A DNA stretch of 64,000 nt from Conexibacter sp. (GTDB taxonomy: Bacteria > Actinomycetota > Thermoleophilia > Solirubrobacterales > 70-9): NCBI GenBank assembly GCA_018263295.1, contig JADFCZ010000013.1, forward strand, positions 3,151 to 67,150, read 5' to 3'. The notes beneath the pieces are model-generated. The model did no database searches. It had not been told where the DNA came from and saw only the letters and a program-made list of their open reading frames with translations. This document shows, in pieces, positions 40,610 to 49,704 of the stretch (positions are counted from its first letter, which is position 1; every line of letters starts with the position of its first letter). A program made the position numbers and the translations under genes.

Positions 40610-42096
40610 TGACCGCGGAGAACGAGACCGAGCGCAGCGGGTTCAGTCGCCGCGCCGCACTCGGCGGCGCAGTCGCCGGAGCGGCTGGGATCGCCGCCGG
40701 AGGGGTCGCCGGTGCCTCCGGGTCGGTCGGCGTCGCCGCGCGGAAACGCAAGACCGACGTCGTCGTCGTCGGCGCTGGCCTCGCCGGCCTCAGCGCCGCA
40801 CGGGCGATCGAGAAGGCCGGCCGCACGGTCGTCGTGCTCGAGGCGCGGGACCGCGTGGGCGGCAGGACGCTGAACGAGAAGATCGGCAAGGGCGAGGTCG
40901 TCGAGATCGGCGGCCAGTGGGTCGGCCCCGGGCAGACCCACGTCCTCGATCTGATCGACCAGCTCGGCCTCGAGACCTTCGACACCTACGTCGACGGCAA
41001 GAGCATCTACTACCGCGACGGCACGCTGACCGAGTACGAGGGGATCATCCCACCGGTCAGCGGTCCGGTTCTCATCGAGATCCTCAACGTCCTCGGCGAC
41101 ATGAACGCGAAGGCGGCGGCCGTCCCCGTCGAGGCACCGTGGACGGCGCCGCAGGCGGTGGAATGGGACAGCGTCACCCTCGCCGGCTACCTCGACGACT
41201 TCGGGCTCAGCCCCGAGGCCCGCGACGTCATCGATCTTGCGATCACGTCGGTGTTCGCGGTCGAGCCGCGCGACACGTCGCTGCTGTTCCTCGCCCTTTA
41301 CACGGCGATGGCGGGAGCCGACTTCAACAACCTGATCAACACCACCGACGGGGCCCAGGAGAAGCGGATCGTCGGCGGCTCGCAGCGGATCTCACTCGAG
41401 CTCGCGAAGCGACTGGGCGGGGCGGTGAAGCTGAGCCGGCCGGTGAAGTCGATCGGGACAAGCGGCGGTCGGGTCGCCGTCCGGGCCGGCGACGACACGT
41501 GGTCGGCGAAGCGGGTGATCGTCACCGTGCCCCCGGCGCTGATCGGCGGCATCCGGTTCAACCCTCCCCTGCCCGCCTCCAAGGCCCAACTCGATCAGCG
41601 GTTCCCGATGGGCACCGTCATCAAGTGCATGGCCGTCTACGACTCGCCGTTCTGGCGCGACGACGGCCTGAACGGGATGACCACGTCCGACACGGGCCCG
41701 GTGAAGCTCACCTACGACAACTCGCCGCCGGACGGCGATCCCGGTGTCCTGCTCGGGTTCATCGAGGGCCAGGACGCCCGCGAGCTGCTCGAGGCGAGCG
41801 AGGCGGAACGCAAGGCTGCGGTCGTCGAGTGCTTCGTCCGCTACTTCGGCTCGAAGGCGGAGAGCGCGATGACCGGGTACGTCGAGAAGTCGTGGGCGGC
41901 CGATCCGTGGAGCCGCGGCTGCTACGGCGGCGTCATGCCGCCCGGCGCGATCGTGGGGTACCCCGGCGCCGTCCGCAGGCCGGCGGGGCACATCCACTGG
42001 GCCGGGACCGAGACGGCGACGGAATGGGGCGGCTACATGGACGGCGCGATCCAGTCAGGTCAACGGGCTGCGGCCGAGGTCCTCGCGAAGCTCTGA
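40609..42096 (+). CDS. Flavin-containing amine oxidase (monoamine/putrescine oxidase family) with a Tat signal peptide
   Basis: Twin-arginine motif SRRAALGG and FAD dinucleotide fold VVVVGAGLAGLSAA..L...G..V.VLEARDRVGGR. C-terminal blocks HWAGTETA and GYMDGA. GTG overlaps the ferritin TAG. Confidence 0.85.
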   Translation: MTAENETERSGFSRRAALGGAVAGAAGIAAGGVAGASGSVGVAARKRKTDVVVVGAGLAGLSAARAIEKAGRTVVVLEARDRVGGRTLNEKIGKGEVVEIGGQWVGPGQTHVLDLIDQLGLETFDTYVDGKSIYYRDGTLTEYEGIIPPVSGPVLIEILNVLGDMNAKAAAVPVEAPWTAPQAVEWDSVTLAGYLDDFGLSPEARDVIDLAITSVFAVEPRDTSLLFLALYTAMAGADFNNLINTTDGAQEKRIVGGSQRISLELAKRLGGAVKLSRPVKSIGTSGGRVAVRAGDDTWSAKRVIVTVPPALIGGIRFNPPLPASKAQLDQRFPMGTVIKCMAVYDSPFWRDDGLNGMTTSDTGPVKLTYDNSPPDGDPGVLLGFIEGQDARELLEASEAERKAAVVECFVRYFGSKAESAMTGYVEKSWAADPWSRGCYGGVMPPGAIVGYPGAVRRPAGHIHWAGTETATEWGGYMDGAIQSGQRAAAEVLAKL

Positions 42097-42243
42097 TCGA
42101 AGCCCTCCCGGGGGGGTTCTGTACCAATCGGCACGAAGACCGGCGAAATCGGGTACGGTTCGCCACCCCCGGCGAGATCGCCCCCACGTTCGTCCCCAGC
42201 GCATGAACTTCGGGCGGTCCCCGCTCTCGGGGAGGGGAGGAGG

Positions 42244-42287
42244 AGAGACCGAAACGACATCCGCCCAGCGGACGTCGTTTCGTCTCT
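42244..42287. terminator. Long hairpin between convergent genes (GAGAGACCGAAACGACATCCGC-cca-GCGGACGTCGTTTCGTCTC)
   Basis: About 20-bp stem with one bulge and one mismatch, between the amine oxidase stop (42096) and the SDR stop (42301). Confidence 0.5.
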
Positions 42288-42300
42288 GCGCGCGTTTCGC

Positions 42301-43344
42301 CTAGACGCTGACGATCCCGTGCTCGATCAGGCTCTCGCCGGTCTCGGCGATCGAGTCCTCGAGCGGACGCGGCGACCATCCGAGCTCGGACCGGGCGCGT
42401 TCGTTCGAGTACTCGGGACGTTGCCCGAGATCGCCGAGGATCGCGCGCACCGCCGGGTCGAACAGGCTCATCGCCTTGACCATCAGATCCGGCGCGACGC
42501 GCTTCGGCACCTTGCGGGCGCGCTCGCCGAGGCGGTCCGCGAGCACCGCGCCGACGTCGGCCATCCACATGAACCGGTCGACGGCGATGAAGCGCTTGCC
42601 GGCGGCGGCCGGCTGCTCCATGGCGCGGATGTGGAGGTCGGCGACATCGCGGACGTCGACGAAGCTGAAGCCGAGCCGGGGGACGGCGGGCATCCCCTTG
42701 AGGAGGCGTTCGATCAGCTGCAGCGAGAACGAGACGTCGTCGCTCAGCGCCGGGCCGATGATCGCGCCGGGGTTGACGACCGCGAGCCGGTCCTCGGCGC
42801 CGGCCTCCTCGACCAGCTTCCAGGCCTCGCGCTCGGCGATCGCCTTCGAGCGCGTGTACGGCAGCAGGTTCGTGTCGGCGCCGTCGGTCCAGTCCGCCTC
42901 GGTGTAGGTCGAGCCGTTGAGCGGCGGGCCGCCGCCGCGGACGGAGGCCACCGACGAGGTCATCACGATTCGGCCGACGCCCGCGTCGAGCGCCGCGCGG
43001 ATCACCCGCAGCGCGCCGTCGCGCGCGGGGACGATCAGCTCGTCGGGGTCCTTCGGCTGCTTCGGGGGGAACGGCGAGGCCGTGTGGAGGACGTGGTCGC
43101 AGCCGGCGACTGCCTCGGCCCAGCCGTCGTCGGAATGGAGGTCGGCGGCGAGCACTGTCAGCCGGTCGCCGGCCTCGGCGCCGGCGGCTGCGACCTGGGA
43201 GCGGACGTGCTGCTCGCGAGCGAGGTCGCGGATCGTCGTCCGGACCGCGTAGCCGCGGTCGAGCAGCGCGGCGATGCACCAGCCCCCCAGGAACCCGCTG
43301 CCGCCCGTCATCAGGACCGTCTTGCCTTGCGCTGCGTCAGTCAT
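42301..43344 (-). CDS. NAD(P)-dependent epimerase/dehydratase family oxidoreductase (extended SDR, aldehyde/dihydroflavonol reductase-like)
   Basis: Blocks VLMTGGSGFLGG and YxxxK (YTRSK). ATG at 43344 is the start. The upstream part of track ORF 42301..43515 reads through a tRNA gene. Confidence 0.8.
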   Translation of the reverse strand: MTDAAQGKTVLMTGGSGFLGGWCIAALLDRGYAVRTTIRDLAREQHVRSQVAAAGAEAGDRLTVLAADLHSDDGWAEAVAGCDHVLHTASPFPPKQPKDPDELIVPARDGALRVIRAALDAGVGRIVMTSSVASVRGGGPPLNGSTYTEADWTDGADTNLLPYTRSKAIAEREAWKLVEEAGAEDRLAVVNPGAIIGPALSDDVSFSLQLIERLLKGMPAVPRLGFSFVDVRDVADLHIRAMEQPAAAGKRFIAVDRFMWMADVGAVLADRLGERARKVPKRVAPDLMVKAMSLFDPAVRAILGDLGQRPEYSNERARSELGWSPRPLEDSIAETGESLIEHGIVSV

Positions 43345-43387
43345 GCGACGCAATCTATCCGCAGCCTCGCGCGGGGCAGCGCGAGGA

Positions 43388-43461
<74 letters not shown>

Positions 43462-43531
43462 ACGGTTCCGGACCCATTCCGATGGACCCGGGCGGGCGAT
43501 TATGGCACCTCGCACGGGATAGGCTGGCCTC

Positions 43532-44374
43532 GTGCGACTGGTGAGCTACCGATCCGACCGCGGCGACCGCGCGGGCGTTCTCCGCGACGGGCTCGTGGTC
43601 GACGCGGGCGACGCCCTCGGCCTCGAGGTCGCCACGGTGCGCGGCCTGCTGACGGACGGCCTGACCGAACGCCTCGCCGGCGCCGATGGCGACGGCGTCC
43701 CGCTCGGCGAGGTCGAGCTGCTGCCGCCGGTGCCCGACCCGGAGAAGATCGTCTGTATCGGCCTCAACTACCGCGACCACGCCGCCGAGGGACGGCAGGA
43801 GCCGCCTCCGGTGCCGACGTTCTTCGCGAAGTTCCGCAACGCGCTCGTGCCCGACGGAGCCACCGTCGAGCTCCCAGCCGCCAGCGGCAAGGTCGACTAC
43901 GAGGCCGAGGTCGCCTTCGTTGTCGGCCGGACCGCGAAGGAGGTGGCGGCCGCCGACGCCCTCGACCACATCGCCGGCTACACCCTGCTCAACGACCTCT
44001 CGGCCCGCGACCTCCAGTTCCAGACGCCGCAGTGGATCCCCGGCAAGGTCTTCGACGGCTCGGCCCCGTGCGGCCCCGCCCTCCTCACGCCCGACGAGGT
44101 GCCGACCGCGCCCGACGGGATCGGCATCGCCCTCGACCTGAACGGCGAGCGGATGCAGGAGGCGACGACCGCCGACCTGATCTTCCCGATCCCCGAGCTC
44201 CTCGCCCACCTCTCGACCCTGATGACCCTCGCCCCCGGCGACATCGTCTCCACCGGCACGCCCGCCGGCGTCGGCGGCGCCCGCGAGCCGCGGGTCTGGC
44301 TTCAGGACGGCGACGAGGTGGTGGTCAGCTCGCCGGAACTGGGCGAGCTGACGACTTCGATCTCGCGGGCCTAG
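43532..44374 (+). CDS. Fumarylacetoacetate hydrolase (FAH) family protein
   Basis: Blocks KIVCIGLNYRDHA, DYEAEVAFVVG, NDLSARDLQ and GDIVSTGTPAGVG. Confidence 0.85.
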   Translation: MRLVSYRSDRGDRAGVLRDGLVVDAGDALGLEVATVRGLLTDGLTERLAGADGDGVPLGEVELLPPVPDPEKIVCIGLNYRDHAAEGRQEPPPVPTFFAKFRNALVPDGATVELPAASGKVDYEAEVAFVVGRTAKEVAAADALDHIAGYTLLNDLSARDLQFQTPQWIPGKVFDGSAPCGPALLTPDEVPTAPDGIGIALDLNGERMQEATTADLIFPIPELLAHLSTLMTLAPGDIVSTGTPAGVGGAREPRVWLQDGDEVVVSSPELGELTTSISRA

Positions 44375-44396
44375 GTGGTCGGAGCCCACGCGGCCC

Positions 44397-44475
44397 CGGG
44401 GGACGGGGGACGGGCCGATGGGCTCCGGCGCTTACGGAGTTCGCCCATCGGCCCGTCCCCCATCCCCCTTTGTTG
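44397..44475 (+). terminator. Intrinsic terminator: ~25-bp GC-rich stem (core GACGGGCCGATGGGC / GCCCATCGGCCCGTC) followed by TTTGTTG
   Basis: Perfect 15-bp inverted repeat with extensions. The T-tract at 44469-44475 lies about 100 nt after the FAH stop (TAG 44372-44374). Confidence 0.6.
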
Positions 44476-44585
44476 AATCCAGCCTCCGGTTGGGCTTGCG
44501 AGTCCTCCGCTTGAAGAGGTGGGTGGCGGAAAAGAGACCTCACAGGTCGCTTTGCTGCCAACGGGTTCGGGGTGCCCCCGTCGGC

Positions 44586-46262
44586 TCAGCTCTTGCTCGC
44601 GCCCTCCGGCGTCACCCGCTCCTGCGTCGCGAACGCGTTGATCAGCACGTACGGCGTCCACCAGAGGATGAAGAAGTAGAACCAGTGAGTCGAGCCGACC
44701 TGCGTCGCGATCAGGACCGCGGCGCCGAGGGCGGCGACCTGCAGCGCGGTCCGGCGGCGCGGGACGAAGAAGAGGGCCGCTCCGAGGAGAACGGGGAAGA
44801 CGCGGGCCACGTCCTGGAGCCCGCCGAGCGAGGGTTCGAGCCCCCAGACGCTGAACGGCGACCCGCGCGATGCCTGGTAGCCGAACGTCCGGTCGTAGAA
44901 CTCCCGGAGGCCGCCGTCGGGGAGCAGCGGCAGCAGGACGACCGCCCAGACCGCGACGAAGACGGCGCCGAAGACGAGAGTCGAGCGGATTCGCCGCTCG
45001 CCGTCGCCGGCAGCGAACAGCGGCGCCAGCGCGAGCGGACCGAACTTGACGGCCGCGCCGAGCCCGATCGCGAGCCCGCGCTTGACCGGCGAGGAGAAGA
45101 AGATCAGCGCCGCGACGAGCAGCGCCGCGACGAACGCGTCGTTGCCGCCGTTGGAGTTGAGCGCGTACAGCGTGTAGGGGTAGGCGAGCCAGGCGAAGGC
45201 GAGCGCGATCCCGAGGTCGCGGCCCTCGCGTCCCTCGCGGAGGCGGCGCCCGCAGAGGTAGAGGAGGCCGACGACCGCGAGGTCGAAGACGATCGCCGCG
45301 GCGTGGGCCGCCGGCAGCTCCTCGAGGCCGCCGCCCCAGGGGAAGAGCTGCTCGAACGGGATGAATGAGAGATAGCTGAGCGGCCCGTATGAGTCGCCGC
45401 GGTCGATCAGCGTCGTGAACTGCCCGTCGTAGACCCCCTCCCCGCCGGCGATCCGGTCGGCGCCGACGACGTTCGCGAAGCCGATGTCGATCACCTGGGA
45501 GTCGACCACGTTGAGGACGATCCGGAAGACCGCCAGGGCAACCGCGCCGAGCAGGAGCCAGCGGATCGACAACCACGGGACCAGCGGTCCGGGGCGGGTC
45601 TTCGGCAGGAAGCCCGCGATCGTCATCCGCAGGAACAGGTAGGCGAGCACCGGGTAGACCAGCGGCACCGACCAGACGATCTCGCCCTTGTTGAAGAAGA
45701 ACTGGGAGACCGAGAACGCGAGCAGGATCAGCAGGTCGAGGTGGAGCAGCCGGAAGGGCCGGCGCGGGTCGAAGAACGGCAGCACGAAGAGCAGGCAGAG
45801 CGGGATCCAGATCCAGGCTTCGCTGACGCTGCCCGCGACCGCGCCCTCGTAGCCGCGGGCGAGCTTGACCTCGACCTGCTGGTTGCGCCAGGCCTCGACC
45901 ACCTCCCCGGTCGCGTCGTCGATCACCACCTGGGCGACGTCGGTCCCGCCGTCGAAGTAGTCGACCTGCCAACGGTCGTCGCCCCTGGTCGCGACCCGGG
46001 GCTTCATCCCCGGGCTCTCGGCCCGCTCCTCGCGGACGGTCGCCGTCCCGTCGGCGATCGCGATCGCCTCGACTCCGCTCAGCTCGAACCCGGGCGGCGT
46101 CCGGTCCGGAGGCTCGACGGGCGTCAGGGAGGCCAGGGGCTCCGGCCCGAACGGTGGCTGGTGAGCGGGGTTCTCGGCGGCCGCGGGCGCCACGGCCAGG
46201 AGCGCGCAGGTGAGCGCGGCCGCGAACGCGAGGATCATCGGGCGGAGTCCCACGACGGCCAT
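44586..46262 (-). CDS. Polytopic membrane protein, DUF2029 / GT87-like glycosyltransferase, with an N-terminal PepSY-like extracytoplasmic domain
   Basis: 558 aa with a signal/anchor, then a PepSY-like segment (RWQVDYFDGG..VAQVVIDDATGEVVEAW), then 10 or more TM helices as in GT-C mannosyltransferase-like proteins. The rest of the 1023-aa track ORF is an antisense artefact. Confidence 0.6.
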   Translation of the reverse strand: MAVVGLRPMILAFAAALTCALLAVAPAAAENPAHQPPFGPEPLASLTPVEPPDRTPPGFELSGVEAIAIADGTATVREERAESPGMKPRVATRGDDRWQVDYFDGGTDVAQVVIDDATGEVVEAWRNQQVEVKLARGYEGAVAGSVSEAWIWIPLCLLFVLPFFDPRRPFRLLHLDLLILLAFSVSQFFFNKGEIVWSVPLVYPVLAYLFLRMTIAGFLPKTRPGPLVPWLSIRWLLLGAVALAVFRIVLNVVDSQVIDIGFANVVGADRIAGGEGVYDGQFTTLIDRGDSYGPLSYLSFIPFEQLFPWGGGLEELPAAHAAAIVFDLAVVGLLYLCGRRLREGREGRDLGIALAFAWLAYPYTLYALNSNGGNDAFVAALLVAALIFFSSPVKRGLAIGLGAAVKFGPLALAPLFAAGDGERRIRSTLVFGAVFVAVWAVVLLPLLPDGGLREFYDRTFGYQASRGSPFSVWGLEPSLGGLQDVARVFPVLLGAALFFVPRRRTALQVAALGAAVLIATQVGSTHWFYFFILWWTPYVLINAFATQERVTPEGASKS

Positions 46263-46271
46263 AATGAAGCG

Positions 46272-47051
46272 ATGATGGGACGCGCCGCCGGCCTGGCCTA
46301 CGAGCGGATCGGCGAGGGCCCTCCGCTGGTCCTGATCCACGGCCTCGGCGCGACCCGCGGGATCTGGCGCCCGCAAATGGATCCGCTCGCGGCTGAGCGC
46401 GACGTCATCGCCGTCGACATGCCCGGCTTCGGCGAAAGCCCGGTCCTCGCCGGCCCGGCCACTCCGTGGGCGCTGGGCGAGGCGATCGCGCGGCTCTGCG
46501 ACGAGCTCGGGATCGACCGCCCCCACCTCGCCGGCAACTCGCTCGGCGGCTGGGTCGCGCTCGAGATGGCGAAGGCGGACCGGGCCGCATCGACGTGCCT
46601 GATCTCGCCCGCCGGCCTCTGGCGGCGGCCACTCGGGGAGCGGCGCGCCGACGCCCGGAAGTGGGCCCGCCGGCTCCGCCCCTTGGTGATGGGGATGACC
46701 AGGGTCGCGCCGATCCGCGAGGCGATGCTGCGCACGAGCCTCGGCCTGCCCGAGCACGCACCGGCCGACGCCGGACGGGAGATGATCGCGGCCTGGATCG
46801 ACGCCCCCGGCTACGAGTCGGCGAACGACGAGATGCGCCGCTACGTCTGCGAGGACCTCGACCTGGTCCGGGTCCCGACGACGATCGTCTGGGGCGAGCT
46901 CGACCGGCTCGTGGCTCCGCCTCGTCCCGAGCGCCGGCCGCCCGGGTCGCGCTACCTGCAGTTCGAGGGCATCGGGCACACGCCGAACTGGGACGACCCC
47001 GAGCTCGTCGCACGGCTGCTGCTCGAGGCGAGCTCCCCCCGGCTGGTCTAG
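46272..47051 (+). CDS. Alpha/beta hydrolase
   Basis: Blocks PLVLIHGLG and the nucleophile elbow GNSLGG, plus a C-terminal GHTPNWD. ATG at 46272. Confidence 0.75.
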   Translation: MMGRAAGLAYERIGEGPPLVLIHGLGATRGIWRPQMDPLAAERDVIAVDMPGFGESPVLAGPATPWALGEAIARLCDELGIDRPHLAGNSLGGWVALEMAKADRAASTCLISPAGLWRRPLGERRADARKWARRLRPLVMGMTRVAPIREAMLRTSLGLPEHAPADAGREMIAAWIDAPGYESANDEMRRYVCEDLDLVRVPTTIVWGELDRLVAPPRPERRPPGSRYLQFEGIGHTPNWDDPELVARLLLEASSPRLV

Positions 47052-47629
47052 GCCTCCGGCTCCTGGGCCGGCAGCCCGTCGAGGCTGCGGGCGCCGCGCT
47101 CGCGCTGGTGGCGCAGGTAGCCGTCGGCGCCCTTCGTCCGGAGGCTCTTGGCCGAGGACAGAGCGTGGTGATCGCGCAGACCCTCGAAGCCCATCAGCGG
47201 GACGCCGTAGCCGCACGAATCGCCGACCCGCTCGACGTCGACGTGGACGATCGAGCGCCGCGCCTCGGGGATCGAGGGATCTTCGAACGCCCCCGCCTCG
47301 AGCAACTCGTCGAAGCGCGGGTCGCCGGCGATGACCGCCTCGCCGCGCCCGTGCAGGCGGAGGATCCGCGGCGGCCCCTCGAAGGCGCAGAACATGACGC
47401 AGATCCGGCCGTTCTCGCGCAGATGGGCGATCGTCTCGCTGCCGCTGCCGTGGGCATCGAGGTAGGCGACCCGGCGCGGCCCGAGCACGGCGAACGACCC
47501 GATCGGCCCCTTCGGCGAGACGTTGACGTGACCGCCCGGCCCCGCGGGCGCGGTGGCGATGAAGAACAAAGCCTGGCGCGCGATCCACTCGCGCAGGTGA
47601 TCGTCGATCTCGCCGAAGACCTTGGCCAT
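47048..47629 (-). CDS. Pyridoxamine 5'-phosphate oxidase family (FMN-binding split-barrel) protein
   Basis: 193 aa. N-terminal W...Q.LFFIATA....GHVNVSPKG is typical of the PNPOx-like family. Confidence 0.8.
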   Translation of the reverse strand: MAKVFGEIDDHLREWIARQALFFIATAPAGPGGHVNVSPKGPIGSFAVLGPRRVAYLDAHGSGSETIAHLRENGRICVMFCAFEGPPRILRLHGRGEAVIAGDPRFDELLEAGAFEDPSIPEARRSIVHVDVERVGDSCGYGVPLMGFEGLRDHHALSSAKSLRTKGADGYLRHQRERGARSLDGLPAQEPEA

Positions 47630-47676
47630 GCGGGGAGGGTAGCCCGGCCGGCCCCACCCGCTACGATTCCCGGACC

Positions 47677-47768
47677 GGAAGGGAAGTAGTTCTCGACGAC
47701 GGTCGTCGTCAACACGGGGTCCGATGGCCCCCGGCGACCGAGGCCCATGAGGCGAACCAAACCTTCGA
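47677..47768 (+). promoter_or_regulatory. Candidate yybP-ykoY (Mn2+) riboswitch in the terC leader
   Basis: GGAAGGGAAGUAG...(CGACGAC/GUCGUCG hairpin)UCAACAC(GGGG..CCCC hairpin)CGGCGACCGA(GCC/GGC hairpin)AACCAAACCUUC. The order of conserved blocks and the P1 pairing GAAGG/CCUUC resemble the family. A TerC gene downstream is the classic context. A TACGAT -10-like hexamer lies at 47662-47667. Confidence 0.5.
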
Positions 47769-47796
47769 GCTGTAAAGCACGAAAGGGACGGTTCGA

Positions 47797-48747
47797 ATGC
47801 CAGAGTTCTCCTCCGACGCCCTCGCCTGGGGCGGCCTGATCATCGCGGTCGTCGTCCTCCTCGCACTCGACCTGAAGGTGATGAGCGGCCGCGGCGGGGT
47901 GATGACACCCGGTTTCGCCGCGAAGGCCAGCGTCTTCTGGATCGCGCTCGCGTTCGTCTTCGCGGGCATCCTCCTGCTCACCGACGGGCCGCGGGACGCC
48001 AGCACCTACGTCGCCGGCTACCTGGTCGAGAAGTCGCTCTCGCTCGACAACGTCTTCGTCTTCCTGCTCGTGCTCGGCGCGTTCGCGATCCCGGACCACG
48101 AGCGCCATCGCCTGCTGACCTACGGGATCATCGGGGCGCTAGTCCTGCGCCTCGTGTTCATCATCGTCGGCGCCGCCGCCCTGAGCGCGTTCGGCTGGCT
48201 CAACCTCCTCTTCGCGGCGCTCTTGATCTGGACCGGGTGGCGGTTGTGGCAGCACCGCCACGACCACGACGGCGAGGAGAAGCTCGTCGCGCGGATCCGG
48301 GCTCGACTCCCGATCGCGGAAGGAGACGACCACGACGGGATGCTCGCTCGCGAGAACGGCCGCCGAGTCCTGACCGCCTCGGGGGCCGCGCTGGCAGCGC
48401 TGGTCATCGTCGACATCGTCTTCGCGATCGACTCGGTCCCGGCGATCCTCGCGATCACCGACGACGCCTACATCGTCTTCGCCGCGAACGCCTTCGCGCT
48501 GCTCGGCCTCCGCCCTCTCTTCTTCCTAGTCGCCGACCTCGTCGATCGCCTCTACTACTTGAAGGCGGCGCTCGCGGTCCTGCTGGTCGTGATCGGCGTC
48601 AAGATGGGGGCCGCCTACTGGCTCGGCAAGATCGGCCCCGAGATCACCCTGCCGGTGATCGCCTTCGTCCTCGCCACCGGCGTGATCGCGTCGCTCGTCC
48701 GCAAGCGGCGCGAGGCCGGCGCGGCCGCGGAGATGCCAATACCGTAG
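47797..48747 (+). CDS. TerC family integral membrane protein (Alx/YkoY-like, putative Mn2+ exporter)
   Basis: 316 aa. TerC blocks E.SLS.DN.FVF and D.VFA.DS.PA. RBS GAAAGGGA. Confidence 0.85.
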   Translation: MPEFSSDALAWGGLIIAVVVLLALDLKVMSGRGGVMTPGFAAKASVFWIALAFVFAGILLLTDGPRDASTYVAGYLVEKSLSLDNVFVFLLVLGAFAIPDHERHRLLTYGIIGALVLRLVFIIVGAAALSAFGWLNLLFAALLIWTGWRLWQHRHDHDGEEKLVARIRARLPIAEGDDHDGMLARENGRRVLTASGAALAALVIVDIVFAIDSVPAILAITDDAYIVFAANAFALLGLRPLFFLVADLVDRLYYLKAALAVLLVVIGVKMGAAYWLGKIGPEITLPVIAFVLATGVIASLVRKRREAGAAAEMPIP

Positions 48748-48751
48748 GCCG

Positions 48752-49627
48752 ATGGAGCTGACCGAACGGGTTCGCGGCTGGGAGGCCCGTGGCGAGCGCG
48801 AGCACTTCCGCGGCCACGGGATCCACGTCTTCCGGCGCGAGGGAGAAGGGCCGCTGGTCCTGCTTTTGCACGGGTTCCCGTCGAGCTCCTACGACTGGCG
48901 GCCGCTGCTCGACGAGCTGCCCGGGCCGGCCGTGCTGACGTTCGACTTCCTCGGCTTCGGACTCTCCGACAAGCCGCGCGACCACCTCTACACGCTCGGC
49001 TGGCAGGCGGACCTCGCGACGGAGCTCGTCAGCCGCCACGGCACCGGCCGGCCGATCTTCGTCGTCGCCCACGACATGGGCACGTCGGTCGCCACGGAGC
49101 TGATGGCGCGCGACCTCGAGGGCCGGCTCGGGTTCGAACTCGCCGGCGTGCTTCTGTTCAACGGCAGCATCGTCCTCGACGCGGCGACGCTGACGCCGTC
49201 GCAGAAGCTGCTCCGCGGCCCGCTCGGCCCGCTCGCGGCGAGGCTCAGCAGCCGGCGCGTCTTCGACCAGCAGTTCGGCTCGGTCTTCTCGGCCGCGCAC
49301 CCGCTCTCCCCCGAGGAGGCCGACGACCAGTGGTCGCTGATCTGTCACGGCGGCGGGCGCTCGCTCGGCCACAAGCTCGTCCATTACCTCGACGAGCGGA
49401 TCGCGCTCGCCGACCGCTGGCACGGGGCGATCCGCGATTGGAGCGACCTCCGGCTCGCCTGGGGCCTGCTCGATCCGGTCGCGACGACGGCGGTGCTCGA
49501 CGCCCTCCGCCGGCTCCATCCCGGAGTCCCCGTGACCGAGCTTCCGGAGCTGGGCCACTACCCGCAGCTCGAGGATCCGGCGCGGATGGCCGCGGTCGTC
49601 CGCGAGGCGGTGGTCGCCCCGGGCTGA
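48752..49627 (+). CDS. Alpha/beta hydrolase, epoxide hydrolase / haloalkane dehalogenase-like (Asp nucleophile)
   Basis: LLLHGFPSSSYDWR and a nucleophile block VVAHDMGTS with Asp in place of Ser. C-terminal GHYPQLE. Confidence 0.8.
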   Translation: MELTERVRGWEARGEREHFRGHGIHVFRREGEGPLVLLLHGFPSSSYDWRPLLDELPGPAVLTFDFLGFGLSDKPRDHLYTLGWQADLATELVSRHGTGRPIFVVAHDMGTSVATELMARDLEGRLGFELAGVLLFNGSIVLDAATLTPSQKLLRGPLGPLAARLSSRRVFDQQFGSVFSAAHPLSPEEADDQWSLICHGGGRSLGHKLVHYLDERIALADRWHGAIRDWSDLRLAWGLLDPVATTAVLDALRRLHPGVPVTELPELGHYPQLEDPARMAAVVREAVVAPG

Positions 49628-49704
49628 AGGCGGGCGCTCGCCGCGTAGGCGCTTCCGCGCCCACTACCGAATCGGGCGCCGGTGGCCGGGAATACGCTCC
49701 GCCC

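Noticed and set aside
42097-42300. Small ORFs (for example 42060..42260 minus, and a 33-codon plus-strand ORF from 42204) in the convergent spacer
   Set aside because: There is no RBS, the composition is poor, and the region is better explained by the long terminator hairpin at 42244-42287.
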